DNA of 64,000 bases. It comes from Myxococcales bacterium. Lineage in GTDB: Bacteria > Myxococcota_A > UBA9042 > JABWCM01 > BTVJ01. Positions 43,331-54,414 of this stretch are shown here, piece after piece; position 1 is the first letter of the stretch, and the number at the start of each line of letters is the position of its first letter. A model generated the notes under the pieces. That model was given only the letters and a program-made list of their open reading frames with translations, ran no database searches and was not told where the DNA came from. A program made the translations under genes and the position numbers. Location of the stretch: contig BTVJ01000002.1 of assembly GCA_045863395.1 (NCBI GenBank), positions 160,001 to 224,000 of the forward strand, read 5' to 3'.

Positions 43331-43800
43331 CCCGACTCTGCGCCGTCCTGCTCGCTCTCGCGGCCTGTGGGCGCCCGGAGGCACCCCAGCCCCCGCAGGC
43401 GCCCGCTCCGGCCCCCGCAGCCGCGCCCCGCCCCCAGCTCGTCCCCATGAACCCCGGCGCCCAGCCCGTGGACGCGGCCGTCCGCGCCGCCATGGGCGCC
43501 CCGGGCCGCGACGTCGTGGTCTACGTGGGCGCGTCCTGGTGCGAGCCCTGCACCCGCTTCCACGACGCGGTCGCGTCGGGCGCCCTGGACGCCACTTTCC
43601 CGACCCTGACCCTGCTGGAGTTCGACCTGGATCGGGACCGCGCCGGCCTGGAGGCCGCGGGCTACGGGAGCCGTATGATCCCGCTGTTCGCCATCCCCGG
43701 CCCCGATGGGCGTGGCACGGACCGCCGGATCCAGGGCGGCGTGAAGGGGGAGGGCGCCGTCGACAACATCGTGCCACGCCTGCGGGAGCTGCTCCGCTGA
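43327..43800 (+). CDS. Thioredoxin-like lipoprotein
   Basis: LAAC lipobox, GASWCEPC, MIP cis-Pro; GTGA overlap with upstream gene. Confidence 0.8.
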   Translation: MTRLCAVLLALAACGRPEAPQPPQAPAPAPAAAPRPQLVPMNPGAQPVDAAVRAAMGAPGRDVVVYVGASWCEPCTRFHDAVASGALDATFPTLTLLEFDLDRDRAGLEAAGYGSRMIPLFAIPGPDGRGTDRRIQGGVKGEGAVDNIVPRLRELLR

Positions 43801-43809
43801 CCTGGCCGC

Positions 43810-45006
43810 CTATCCCCGCGGCGGCGTCCGCAGGAGCCCCCCGAGCACCCGCCGTCGCACCGTCTCCCGCTGCCGCGCCTTGTAGACGTCGTGGGCGGCG
43901 AGCCCCGAGCGCGAGAGCTGCCACGCCTCCTCGTCGAGCACCTGCACCTCGTAGGGGAAGAAGATCCGCAGGTCCTGCTCGCGGTCGAGCTGCGCGCGCA
44001 GCGTCCTGGCCACCGCCTGCGCCTCCGCCGTGTCGGGGAGGCCGGCGATGGTCTCCTCCAGGCTCTCCCGCAGCGGGTTCGGGATGCGGATCTGCTGCCT
44101 CGCCGTGAACTGGAGCGCCCGGTAGAACGTGGAGCTGTGGGGGTTCGAGTGCCCCTCGGGGGGCGGCGGGAACGGCAGGCTGCGCACCGACGCCCGTAGC
44201 GCGTCCAGCCGGTCACCGTCCCGCAGGTCGCCCGCCTCCACCCGCTCGTCCAGGTCCTCCATCTCTCGGCGGAGCCACTCCATGTCGATGAGCGTGTTGC
44301 GCGAGCGGCTCGGCTTGACGTTGCCGAACACCACCACGTTGTTCGTCCGCAGGTAGCGCACCACCAGCAGCGCGTCGAAGCGCTCTCGCGTCACGAAGCG
44401 AAGCCCCACCTGGTCGAAGATGTCGGCGGCGACGTTCTCGACCTTGTGGAGCAGCTTGAGGATGGTCGACCTCCGGGACTTGTTCGCCTTGATCTCGAAG
44501 CGGGACAGGGGGATGGCGTCCGGCCCCGCCCCCAGCGTCACCCCGGCGGGGCCCTCTACGACGTGCGGCTGGAACCGGGCGATGATCTGCTCGCGGATCT
44601 GCGCTCCGTACCGCTCCTCCAGGCTCGAGTGGGCGTGGCTGACCGTGTGCATGACCCGCAGGAGGGCGCAGGCCCACCGCTGCGTCTCGTCCCGTCGATC
44701 CGCCGAGGCGAGCAGGAGCAGCCGTGCGACGTCGCGCTCCTCACGCAGGGCGGGGGGCACGCGGAGCTCCCCCGGGTCGATGAGCTCGCCCTCGATGAAC
44801 TCGATGGCCTCTATCCGGTGCCGCTCCAGCGTCGCGCGCTCCGTCGGGTCGCCGGTGTCGTAGCCGTAGGCCGCCAGGTAGGCCCGGGCGTGCTCCTCGG
44901 TGCGGAGCCGCAGGGCGGGGATGTCCACCGCCGAGTGCCCGCCCACCATGGCGTTGAGGGTGTCCCAAGAGAAGCCGGCCGTGGACAGGGGGTGATGGAT
45001 GGTCAT
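43810..45006 (-). CDS. TIGR04552-like protein (RelA/SpoT-like nucleotidyltransferase fold)
   Basis: STILKLLHKVENVAADIFDQVGLRFVT, PSRSRNTL, YRALQFTARQ, FFPYEVQV. Confidence 0.8.
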   Translation of the reverse strand: MTIHHPLSTAGFSWDTLNAMVGGHSAVDIPALRLRTEEHARAYLAAYGYDTGDPTERATLERHRIEAIEFIEGELIDPGELRVPPALREERDVARLLLLASADRRDETQRWACALLRVMHTVSHAHSSLEERYGAQIREQIIARFQPHVVEGPAGVTLGAGPDAIPLSRFEIKANKSRRSTILKLLHKVENVAADIFDQVGLRFVTRERFDALLVVRYLRTNNVVVFGNVKPSRSRNTLIDMEWLRREMEDLDERVEAGDLRDGDRLDALRASVRSLPFPPPPEGHSNPHSSTFYRALQFTARQQIRIPNPLRESLEETIAGLPDTAEAQAVARTLRAQLDREQDLRIFFPYEVQVLDEEAWQLSRSGLAAHDVYKARQRETVRRRVLGGLLRTPPRG

Positions 45007-45134
45007 TGGCGCTCCGTGGTCGTCCCTCCCGGCGCCGGAGGGTACATCACTGCGGCGCCGGGAGGGAAGCGTGTCCGGCCCTTGATCGACTCCCCCACTG
45101 GTGCCATGGTGGCGCCGACCTCCGCAGGAGCCCC

Positions 45135-45635
45135 ATGACGTCGCCGACCCCGAGACGCAGCGCCTATGTCACCCCCGAAGGCTACCGGCGGCTCGCTGGA
45201 GAGCTCGAGCGCCTCTGGACCCGCGACCGCCCCGTGATCACCGCAGAGGTGGAGGCCGCGGCGGCCCACGGTGACCGCTCGGAGAACGCGGAGTACATCT
45301 ACGGCAAGAAGAAGCTGCGCGAGATCGACCGGCGTATCCGCTTCCTGCAGAAGCGGCTCGACGAGGTGAAGGTCGTGGAGCCGAGCTCCGCCCAGGAGGG
45401 CCGGGCCTTCTTCGGGGCGTGGGTGACGGTGGAGGACGAGGACGGCGCCGAGTCCACCTGGCGCCTGGTGGGGCCCGACGAGCTGGACGTGGAGCGGGGA
45501 TTGATCAGCGTGGACTCGCCCATGGCCAAGGCCCTCCTCGGGCGCCGGGAGGGAGACGAGGTGCTCCTGCGTCGACCCAAGGGCGACACGCGGCTGACGG
45601 TCGTGGAGATTCGCTACCAGCCACCGGAGCGTTGA
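45135..45635 (+). CDS. greB: Transcription elongation factor GreB
   Basis: YVTPEG, GDRSENAEYIYGKKKLREIDRRIRFL, ISVDSPMAKAL. Confidence 0.95.
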   Translation: MTSPTPRRSAYVTPEGYRRLAGELERLWTRDRPVITAEVEAAAAHGDRSENAEYIYGKKKLREIDRRIRFLQKRLDEVKVVEPSSAQEGRAFFGAWVTVEDEDGAESTWRLVGPDELDVERGLISVDSPMAKALLGRREGDEVLLRRPKGDTRLTVVEIRYQPPER

Positions 45636-45678
45636 TGAGTCGCATCAGGTAGTCTGGTTCAACCGTTCGAAAACATGG

Positions 45679-46995
45679 CTATCCCTTCGCCATGTCGCGC
45701 GGCCCGAGGTGCCCCCCGACGGGCAGCGTCAGTGCGAAGGTCGCACCCACCCCGGGCTGTCCGTCCGCCTCGATGACGCCCCCGTGGCGGCGGACGATGC
45801 GCTCCACGATGGCCAGCCCAACCCCCGTCCCGGGGAAGTCGGCCCCGTGCAACCGCGCGAAGGGCCGGAACAGGCGCTCCGCGTGGGCCGGGTCGAAGCC
45901 CACGCCGTTGTCGCGCACCGTCACACGGCAGCCCGTTGCCCAGGCGGCGCACTCGACGTCGATGCGGGCGTCGGGTCTGTGAGACGTGTACTTCCAGGCG
46001 TTTCCGAGGAGGTTCTCGAAGGCGACGCGCAGGAGGCCCGGGTCCCCGTGCACGACCATGTCGCTCTGGACCCGCGTCACCACGGACCTCCCCGCCTCCC
46101 GGGTGGCCAGCTCGTCGAGGATGCCCCTGCACAGGCTGGCCAGGTCGACCTGCACCCGCACCATCTCGGCCCGGGCCACCCGCGCCAGCTCGAGCTGGTC
46201 GTCGATCAGCTCGTTCATGCGGCGCCCGGCCTGGCGGATCTGTCCGACATACCCCACAGCCTCCGGCTCCAGCGTGGGCCCATGCCGGTCCAGGATGGCT
46301 CGCGCGAAGCCCTCGACGGCCCGCACCGGCGCCCGCAGATCATGCGACACGGAGTAGTTGAAGGCCTCGAGCTCCTGGTTGGCGCGGGCCAGATCCTCCT
46401 GAAGCCGCGCGTCGGACCACAGCAAGGCCTCCAAGCGGCGCCGGTCCCGCAGGCGCACCGCGAAGACGATGCAGGCGAGAACGGTGGCCTGGAACATGGC
46501 CAGGCTGAGGTCCACCCAGGGGGAGGCGTCGCCGGGCGGCGTCGGAGCCAGCCACGCGCTGAGCGCAAAGGCCGCCACGACGCCGATCTCCGCACCCACG
46601 AACCAGGCCGTCGAGAAGAAGAAGAATGACACGCCGAGGGCGATGAGCATGAAGCTCAGGGACTCCAGCGGCTTGTGAAGCATCACCATGTGCAGGACGC
46701 TGTCGGCTACCAGGGTCGCGGCGATCAGGCCCGCGAGCGGGTGAGCGAACCGCGGCGAGATGCTCCTGAGCCGCAGCCGGAGGCGCATGGCCGCGAACAT
46801 GGCGGCCATGACGATCTCGACGGCCACCAGCGCGGTGATCGCGTCGTGGGAGACCCCCGGTCGATCCATGCTGAAGGGCTTGACCGTGGCCAGCACGGAG
46901 TAGAGGAGGGCCAGGCCGAGGGTGATGGACTGGATGGCCCGCAGGAGGGTCTGGTCGAGCGCCCTGCCCAGATCCCGTTCGGAGATGGCCGACAT
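45679..46995 (-). CDS. Membrane sensor histidine kinase
   Basis: Several TM segments; [32 protein letters not shown]. Confidence 0.92.
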   Translation of the reverse strand: MSAISERDLGRALDQTLLRAIQSITLGLALLYSVLATVKPFSMDRPGVSHDAITALVAVEIVMAAMFAAMRLRLRLRSISPRFAHPLAGLIAATLVADSVLHMVMLHKPLESLSFMLIALGVSFFFFSTAWFVGAEIGVVAAFALSAWLAPTPPGDASPWVDLSLAMFQATVLACIVFAVRLRDRRRLEALLWSDARLQEDLARANQELEAFNYSVSHDLRAPVRAVEGFARAILDRHGPTLEPEAVGYVGQIRQAGRRMNELIDDQLELARVARAEMVRVQVDLASLCRGILDELATREAGRSVVTRVQSDMVVHGDPGLLRVAFENLLGNAWKYTSHRPDARIDVECAAWATGCRVTVRDNGVGFDPAHAERLFRPFARLHGADFPGTGVGLAIVERIVRRHGGVIEADGQPGVGATFALTLPVGGHLGPRDMAKG

Positions 46996-47147
46996 CCGTG
47001 GTCCTGCCGCCTTCCCCCCTGGCTCGCGCGCCCGCCGCGCTGCGACGAACGCGGGAGGCTAGCCCGTCCCGTGCGTTCTGTCGAGGGGTTGCATCGCAGA
47101 GGGTCGCCGATGATACTCACGCCCGTCAACGACTGGGAGCACAACCC

Positions 47148-48545
<1,398 letters not shown>

Positions 48546-48558
48546 GGGCTCGGGAGGC

Positions 48559-48885
48559 TCACTCGGCGGCGGGGGCGCACCGCACGCAGGTCGTGGCCCA
48601 CGGCAGCGCGTCCAGCTCGGTCACGCTCAGGTCCTCCCCACATCCGTCGCAGCGCCCGAAGCTCTCGCCATCCACGCCGCGGGCCGTCTTCATCAGGTGG
48701 TCGAGGAAGCGCCGGAGCCGCTCCTTGGGGCGCTCCCTGGGCTCGCCGCCGTAGAGCAGATCCAGGTCGGCCAGCTCTACGTCCTCGCTTCCGAGCAGCC
48801 GCGCGAGCTTGTCTGCCACCTCCTGGCCCTTGGCGAGCGCGGCCCTCCGCCATCGCTCTCTGTCCGCTGCCGTGTACTCGCTCAT
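48559..48885 (-). CDS. DksA/TraR C4 zinc-finger protein (atypical)
   Basis: FGRCDGCGEDL...LPWATTCVRC; GGAGGT SD before ATG at 48885. Confidence 0.75.
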   Translation of the reverse strand: MSEYTAADRERWRRAALAKGQEVADKLARLLGSEDVELADLDLLYGGEPRERPKERLRRFLDHLMKTARGVDGESFGRCDGCGEDLSVTELDALPWATTCVRCAPAAE

Positions 48886-49042
48886 GGGGGACACCTCCGA
48901 GGGCATCCATGCGCCACGGACCCGCTCCCCGTCAAGCGTCACCGCATGGCCGCAGCCCGAGCGATTCCCGTTGCGCGCAGGAGGGAACGGCGTTAGAAGC
49001 CGCGGTGACGCCGGGGGACGCGGTCCCCCTCGGAGGTGCCCC

Positions 49043-51403
49043 ATGTCACGTCTCCTGCGCGCTCCCCTGCTGCCACTCGTCGCGCTCGCCCTCGTCGGCT
49101 GTGAGCCCCCCGACGAGGGCCCCGAGGCGCCCTCGCTCGGCACGTTGACCAGCGATGGTGCCCCCATCACGCTCGACCACACGGCGGTCATCGCCTTCCA
49201 GGCCGACTGGAGCGAGGTTGTCACGGTCGGCCCCGTCATGGCGGGCGGCAGGCTGCGGGTCGAGTACGACCCCGCGCGCCTGCCGTCGTGCCGCGCCACC
49301 AAGTACGGACTGCCCGCGTGGAACATCCTCCTGAACTGGGACTTCGGCGCCGGGAGCAAGTCCGTGGCGCTCTCGCAGAAGGGCGCCGTCATGGAGGCGA
49401 CCGTCGACGTCCCCGAGGACGCCAAGTCCATCTCCCTGTGGTTCCTCAACAGCGACTACTACGGGTGCAAGCAGTGGGACTCGAACCTGGGCGTCAACTA
49501 CGTCTGGGACGTGCAGCCCCCGGCTCAGGTGGCGGTCCTCGCGTTCACCGCGGACTGGCAGGAGGTCGCGTCGAGCCCCGTGCAGCAGGGGGCGCTCCTG
49601 CGCATCGACTATGCGGCGGAGCGTCTCACCGCGTGTCGCCATGCCCCGAACGGCCAGCGAGCCTGGAGCATCTACGCGTCGTGGCGATTCCTGCCTGGCG
49701 GGCAGAGCGCGTCCCTGGAGCTGACCGAGGGAGCGGCCGGCGCCCTGACCAAGCCCCAGGTGTCGGTGCCCCAGGGGGCGACCTCGGTCGAGCTGTGGTT
49801 CTCCAACTCGGACACCACGGGCTGCGTCGCCTGGGACAGCAACTTCGGCGCCAATTACTCCTTCCCCGTGGCGCCCGCGGGCAACACACCCCAGGTGGGC
49901 TGGGCCGGAGACTGGGACTTCGTCAAGGTGGGCAAGCAGCCCCAGCACCTGGGCAAGGTGGACCCGGCCTATTACTTCGACTCCTGGCAGGGCATGCCCC
50001 TGTCGAGCCAGGTGGAGGTGCAGGTGTGGATCCCCGGTGTCACGGACAAGGCCTATCCGAGCGCCGACGCGGCCCGGGCGGCGGCGGAGTCCCTGATCGT
50101 GGCGCAGGCGGTGACCGACGGCCTCTCGGGGCCCGTGGGAGGCTGGGGCACGCGGCCGATGCCCTTCGAGCGGCAGCAGGGCAACAACTTCGTCTTCGCG
50201 TTCCGCCTGGGCGAGCTGCGGTGGCAGACGGCGGGGCTCAACGTCCCTGATGGGCTGTGGCGCTGGTACGCGCGCTTCTCCACCGATGGTGGCGCCTCGT
50301 GGTTCGAGGCCGGCAAGGACCCGGGCCCCCGTCGCTACGTGCTCGCCAAGACGCAAGACTGCTCACTGTTTCCTGATCAGGCGCCCCCCGAGTGCCCCCA
50401 GGGCAAGGCGGTCGGCTGGGCAGGCGACTGGGGGCGTTACGCCAGCCACGCGTGCTGGTTCACCCAGGATCTGCCGGACCCGCTGGTCCTGACCAAGTCC
50501 GCGGTGGGCCACGACTGCATGACCGTCACGGCGGACGTGTGGGTGCCTGGCCTCACCGACGCGGGCGGCTCCCCCGGGTCGATCCTCGCGCAGGTGGAGA
50601 CGAACGTCGCATATGGGGGTGGGCCCCTGGCCACGCCGGTGACCTACCCGCTGACGTTCGACCAGAAGGTGGGCAACAACTACCGCTACGCCTGGACGCT
50701 GGGCCAGCTCGTCGGCATGGCGGACCGGGACGACTACACGTTCCGGTTCCGCTTCTCGGCCGATGGCGGCAAGACCTGGAAGATCCTCGGCAAGGGAGAT
50801 GGGCCTGCGGCGCCTTGGAGGTCCCTGCACGTCCGCAACGACTCGCAGGACGTGGAGGTCACTCAGCTCTGCGAGGGCATCTGGTCCTGGAGCGCAGCGT
50901 CGGCCAGCTTCCCCTCCTGCATCGAGTGGCAGCCCACCGTGAACCAGGACGCTGCCTGCGAGCTGTGGCTCAACGCGCTGGGCAGGGGCCAGTGGTCGCA
51001 CAACGGCGTGTCCCTGGGGTGGCTGGAGGCGTGGATCCGCGTGCAGGCGCCCGGCCAGGTGCTCGGCGTGGGGATGTGGGTGAAGTCCAAGAGCAAGCAG
51101 GGAGTGGTCAGCGAGGCATTCAGCTTCGGCGCGGAAGTGGAGCCGGGGTACTGGCTCACTGGCTTCACCACGAAGAAGAGCGCCGATGGAACGGACCAGA
51201 CGCCGCTGGCCTTTGCCTTCTTCGCCGACGTCGCCGCGGGGGGGACCGTGAAGCGGCTGTGGCAGAGCGCGGGCGGCGCCAACTACACCGTCGAGGGCGC
51301 GTTTGCCGTGCCCGGCTACGTGAAGGGCATCGGGTCGGGCTCCATCGAGTACGCCGACGAGTCAGTCGGGCTCTTCGCCCCCAAGCACGCGTGTGTCCCG
51401 TGA
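49043..51403 (+). CDS. Lipoprotein with two DUF6209-like repeats and two further GWAGDW repeat units
   Basis: LVGC lipobox; F.ADW...RL..CR...WF.N...GC..WDSN.G.NY occurs twice. Confidence 0.72.
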   Translation: MSRLLRAPLLPLVALALVGCEPPDEGPEAPSLGTLTSDGAPITLDHTAVIAFQADWSEVVTVGPVMAGGRLRVEYDPARLPSCRATKYGLPAWNILLNWDFGAGSKSVALSQKGAVMEATVDVPEDAKSISLWFLNSDYYGCKQWDSNLGVNYVWDVQPPAQVAVLAFTADWQEVASSPVQQGALLRIDYAAERLTACRHAPNGQRAWSIYASWRFLPGGQSASLELTEGAAGALTKPQVSVPQGATSVELWFSNSDTTGCVAWDSNFGANYSFPVAPAGNTPQVGWAGDWDFVKVGKQPQHLGKVDPAYYFDSWQGMPLSSQVEVQVWIPGVTDKAYPSADAARAAAESLIVAQAVTDGLSGPVGGWGTRPMPFERQQGNNFVFAFRLGELRWQTAGLNVPDGLWRWYARFSTDGGASWFEAGKDPGPRRYVLAKTQDCSLFPDQAPPECPQGKAVGWAGDWGRYASHACWFTQDLPDPLVLTKSAVGHDCMTVTADVWVPGLTDAGGSPGSILAQVETNVAYGGGPLATPVTYPLTFDQKVGNNYRYAWTLGQLVGMADRDDYTFRFRFSADGGKTWKILGKGDGPAAPWRSLHVRNDSQDVEVTQLCEGIWSWSAASASFPSCIEWQPTVNQDAACELWLNALGRGQWSHNGVSLGWLEAWIRVQAPGQVLGVGMWVKSKSKQGVVSEAFSFGAEVEPGYWLTGFTTKKSADGTDQTPLAFAFFADVAAGGTVKRLWQSAGGANYTVEGAFAVPGYVKGIGSGSIEYADESVGLFAPKHACVP

Positions 51404-52698
51404 GGGCCTGCCTGGTGGTGCTCCTCGTGGCCGGCTGCGCGAGCGGCGGCGGGGAGGCCGGAGGAGGGCCCGGGAGTGACTCTGCCGCGGACGTGGCCGC
51501 GTCGCCGGACTCCGTGGGAGACGCGCCGGTGCCCGGCACGGCGGGAGACACGGCGGTGCCTCAGGACACGTCGGGCACCGGGGACGATGGCGGCGAGACT
51601 GGGGTCGACACCCACACCGCAGACGGCGCCGACACCCACGCGACGGACGCCACCGGCTCCCCCGACGGGGGCGGCGCGCTCGGGGCTGGCGCGTTCTGCG
51701 TGGCCTACGGCGAGGCCTGGTGCGAGCTCCTGGACCGCTGCCCGCCCCCCTGGCGCGCGGCGTGGCCGGGGGGCTGCGCCTCGGCCATGACGGTGGGCTG
51801 CCAGGCTGCGTGGTTGGACGCCGCGGCGGCCGATGGGACCCTCGCCTTCGACGGGGCCGCCGCCGCCTCGTGCATCGAGGCGCTCGACTCCATGACGTGC
51901 GCGGCCTCCGACGCCTTGTGGCTCTCCCAGGCGGACAACGTCCCCGCCGACTGCAAGGCGGCGCTCGCGGGGAGCGTCCCCCCCGGCGGCGACTGCTCCG
52001 TCGGGCCGGAGTGCGCCGAGGGGGCCGTGTGCGTGTTCGGGGACTCGTGCCCGGGCGTCTGCACGGCGCAGGGAGCCCCTGGCGACCCCTGCGCCAAGGG
52101 CGAGCTGTGCGCCTGGCCCGAGTCCCTGTGTGTCGAGGGCACCTGCACGGCCCTCCCCGGCGAGGGCGCTCCCTGCCTCACGGGCCTGTGCCGCGCACCA
52201 TTGGTGTGCGAGGGCGGCCTCTGTATGGCGCCCGGCCTGGCGGGAGCTTCCTGTGAGGACGGCGCGCCCTGTTACGCGGGGCTCATCTGCTTCCGGCCGA
52301 GCGACCAGCAGCCGGGCACCTGCACGCTCCCGCGAGCGCTCGGTGAGACCTGCTTCGCGTCCTGGCAGTGCGATCCCACGTCCAGCGTCGGGCGCCTGGT
52401 CTGCGCGGGCGGTAGCTGCCAGGTGGCGCCGGGCCCCGGCCAGCCCTGCTGGGAGTTCCTCTGCGACGGCGCGGCCTGTGACGCCGCGCAGATCCCCCCC
52501 ACCTGCGTCCCGTTGCCTGGCCCTGGCGCGCCCTGCTGGCAGGGGGGCGCCTGCGCCACGGGCGCCTTCTGTGACGGTAGCAGCTGCGCTGCGCTCGGGA
52601 CCCCCGGGGACCCCTGCGGAGGCCACAGCCAGTGCGCCTCCTTCCGGTGCTACGGTGGCGTCTGCGTCGCCCCCGACGCACCCGCCTGCTCGCCCTGA
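51400..52698 (+). CDS. Cys-rich lipoprotein
   Basis: VAGC lipobox; repeated G..C.....C..G..C units; GTGA overlap with upstream gene. Confidence 0.75.
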   Translation: MRACLVVLLVAGCASGGGEAGGGPGSDSAADVAASPDSVGDAPVPGTAGDTAVPQDTSGTGDDGGETGVDTHTADGADTHATDATGSPDGGGALGAGAFCVAYGEAWCELLDRCPPPWRAAWPGGCASAMTVGCQAAWLDAAAADGTLAFDGAAAASCIEALDSMTCAASDALWLSQADNVPADCKAALAGSVPPGGDCSVGPECAEGAVCVFGDSCPGVCTAQGAPGDPCAKGELCAWPESLCVEGTCTALPGEGAPCLTGLCRAPLVCEGGLCMAPGLAGASCEDGAPCYAGLICFRPSDQQPGTCTLPRALGETCFASWQCDPTSSVGRLVCAGGSCQVAPGPGQPCWEFLCDGAACDAAQIPPTCVPLPGPGAPCWQGGACATGAFCDGSSCAALGTPGDPCGGHSQCASFRCYGGVCVAPDAPACSP

Positions 52699-52973
52699 GG
52701 GACCGTGCAGTGATGACCTGATCCACCGAGGGCGCTGATGCGCCCCGCTGGGGGCTCGACGAGACCGCAGGCAGGGCCTTGTCCTTCCAAGGTCTCGGCG
52801 GGCCGCCAGCGGGGATGCAGCGGCGGCCGAATGGACAGGTTGTTGCTGCACGGGCCCCAAGGTGACGGGAGCGCCTGCACGGCACCCGGGACGCACGTGC
52901 CCCGTGTTCCCCGCCTGGATTTGTGGCATGCTCTGCCTGCTCGGCGCTGGCCGACCACACCCGGAGGGCACGG

Positions 52974-54206
52974 ATGAGGCGCGCGTGGATGGTGGCAGCA
53001 CTGCTCGTCGTGGGCTGCGGGGATGAGGCGGGGCCCGGCGGGACGGGTGTGGCGGGCTCGGCCTTCGAGCCGGTCCAAGGCATCGGGGAGCCCGACGTGG
53101 CGGCCGATGCCCTTCCCGACGAGCCCCTGCCCGACGTGGTCGTGGCTCCCTTCGACGTGGCGGACCAGGACGCCGGGCCTGCGACCACGCTCGACACCGG
53201 GGCCGGCGGCGCGGATACCCCGATGGTCGACGCTCTGACCGAGGACGCGTCGTCCCCCGACACGGTCACACCGATAGATACGGCGCAGCCGGAGGACGTC
53301 TGGACGCCCCCGCAGGACGTCGCCGCACCTGCGGACGTCGCCACTCCCCCCGTGGGATCCCCAGGCGACCCGGGGCCCTATGGCGCGAAGGTCCAGGACA
53401 AGGTGGTCATCGACACCTTCGACGGCCGCAAGGTGGAGGCGACGCTGTGCCTGCCCTCGCTGGACGGCGGCGCAACGGTCGCCCAGGGCCCGCTCTCCCT
53501 CGTCATCCTGTCCCCTGGCTTCCAGGTCGACCGCGCCCAGTATGGCTGGGGCTGCAAGCACCTGGCGACGTGGGGCTTCCTCGTCGTGCTCCAGTCCTAC
53601 GCCGGGTCGGGGCTCTTCCCGGACCACTCCGCCATCGCGCAGGACATCAGCAAGATCATCGACTGGGTGGGCTCCCCGAAGAGTGGCCTCGCCGAGCGCT
53701 GGGACGGCTCGGTCGGTACGGCGGGGCACAGCCTCGGCGGCAAGCTCAGCCTCCTGGCTGCCGCCATCGACCCGCGCGTCGGCGCCGTGGCCGGGTGGGA
53801 CCCCGTCGACGCCAACGCCCCCTCCGTGACGCCGGAGATGATGGGCGATGTCCAGGCTCCGCTGCTGCTGCTGGGTGAGACGCTGGACGGTAGCGGCTGG
53901 ACTGCGTGCGCTCCGACGGACCAGAACTACCACCAGTACTTCGAGGCGGCGAAGCCCCCGGCGCTGGAGATCACGGTCCTCGGCGCCGACCACATGGACT
54001 GGGTGGACGATCAGAACTGCCTCCCATGCCTCGCCTGCAAGAAGGGCACAGCCGACCACGTGGAGGTCAAGGCCCTGACGCGGCGGACGACGGCGGCCTT
54101 CTTCCTGGCCCACCTCCGGGGGAGCCCGTGGATGGAGCCGTGGCTCACGGGCAGCGTCATGCAGGCAGACGTGGCGGCGGGGCGGGTCACCCTCCAGCAG
54201 AAGTGA
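52974..54206 (+). CDS. Alpha/beta hydrolase lipoprotein (chlorophyllase/cutinase-like)
   Basis: VVGC lipobox, HLATWGF, GHSLGG nucleophile elbow, DPVD, GADHMDW. Confidence 0.85.
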   Translation: MRRAWMVAALLVVGCGDEAGPGGTGVAGSAFEPVQGIGEPDVAADALPDEPLPDVVVAPFDVADQDAGPATTLDTGAGGADTPMVDALTEDASSPDTVTPIDTAQPEDVWTPPQDVAAPADVATPPVGSPGDPGPYGAKVQDKVVIDTFDGRKVEATLCLPSLDGGATVAQGPLSLVILSPGFQVDRAQYGWGCKHLATWGFLVVLQSYAGSGLFPDHSAIAQDISKIIDWVGSPKSGLAERWDGSVGTAGHSLGGKLSLLAAAIDPRVGAVAGWDPVDANAPSVTPEMMGDVQAPLLLLGETLDGSGWTACAPTDQNYHQYFEAAKPPALEITVLGADHMDWVDDQNCLPCLACKKGTADHVEVKALTRRTTAAFFLAHLRGSPWMEPWLTGSVMQADVAAGRVTLQQK

Positions 54207-54225
54207 CGCCGCCGCACGAATCCTC

Positions 54226-54254
54226 TTGACCGTTCAGGGGCCCGATGCTACAAA
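54226..54254 (+). promoter_or_regulatory. Sigma70-type promoter of tRNA-Ala
   Basis: TTGACC-N17-TACAAA with extended TG, 18 nt upstream of the tRNA. Confidence 0.7.
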
Positions 54255-54272
54255 CCGCTCCGCATCACGGCT

Positions 54273-54345
54273 GGGGCTGTAGCTCAGCTGGGAGAGCGCC
54301 AGAATCGCACTCTGGAGGCCGTCGGTTCGATCCCGATCAGCTCCA
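54273..54345 (+). tRNA. tRNA-Ala(CGC)
   Basis: Acceptor GGGGCTG/CAGCTCC with G3:U70; D arm AGCTCAGCTGGGAGAGC; anticodon arm CCAGA-ATCGCAC-TCTGG; GGTTCGATCCC; discriminator A; CCA not encoded. Confidence 0.97.
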
Positions 54346-54414
54346 CTGAAATCCAGCGGTTACGTGATGCTCGGCGGCGGCCGGTGGGATCGTCCACCGG
54401 TTCGCCACCGATAC

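Noticed and set aside
40904..43924. Very long antisense ORFs (also 727-2877, 5843-8176, 22072-24366, 25564-27723, 34827-37496, 61740-63614)
   Set aside because: Shadow frames of real high-GC genes on the opposite strand; no motifs or SD.
52974..54206. PETase call
   Set aside because: Only generic GHSxGG hydrolase motifs are present; substrate cannot be inferred.
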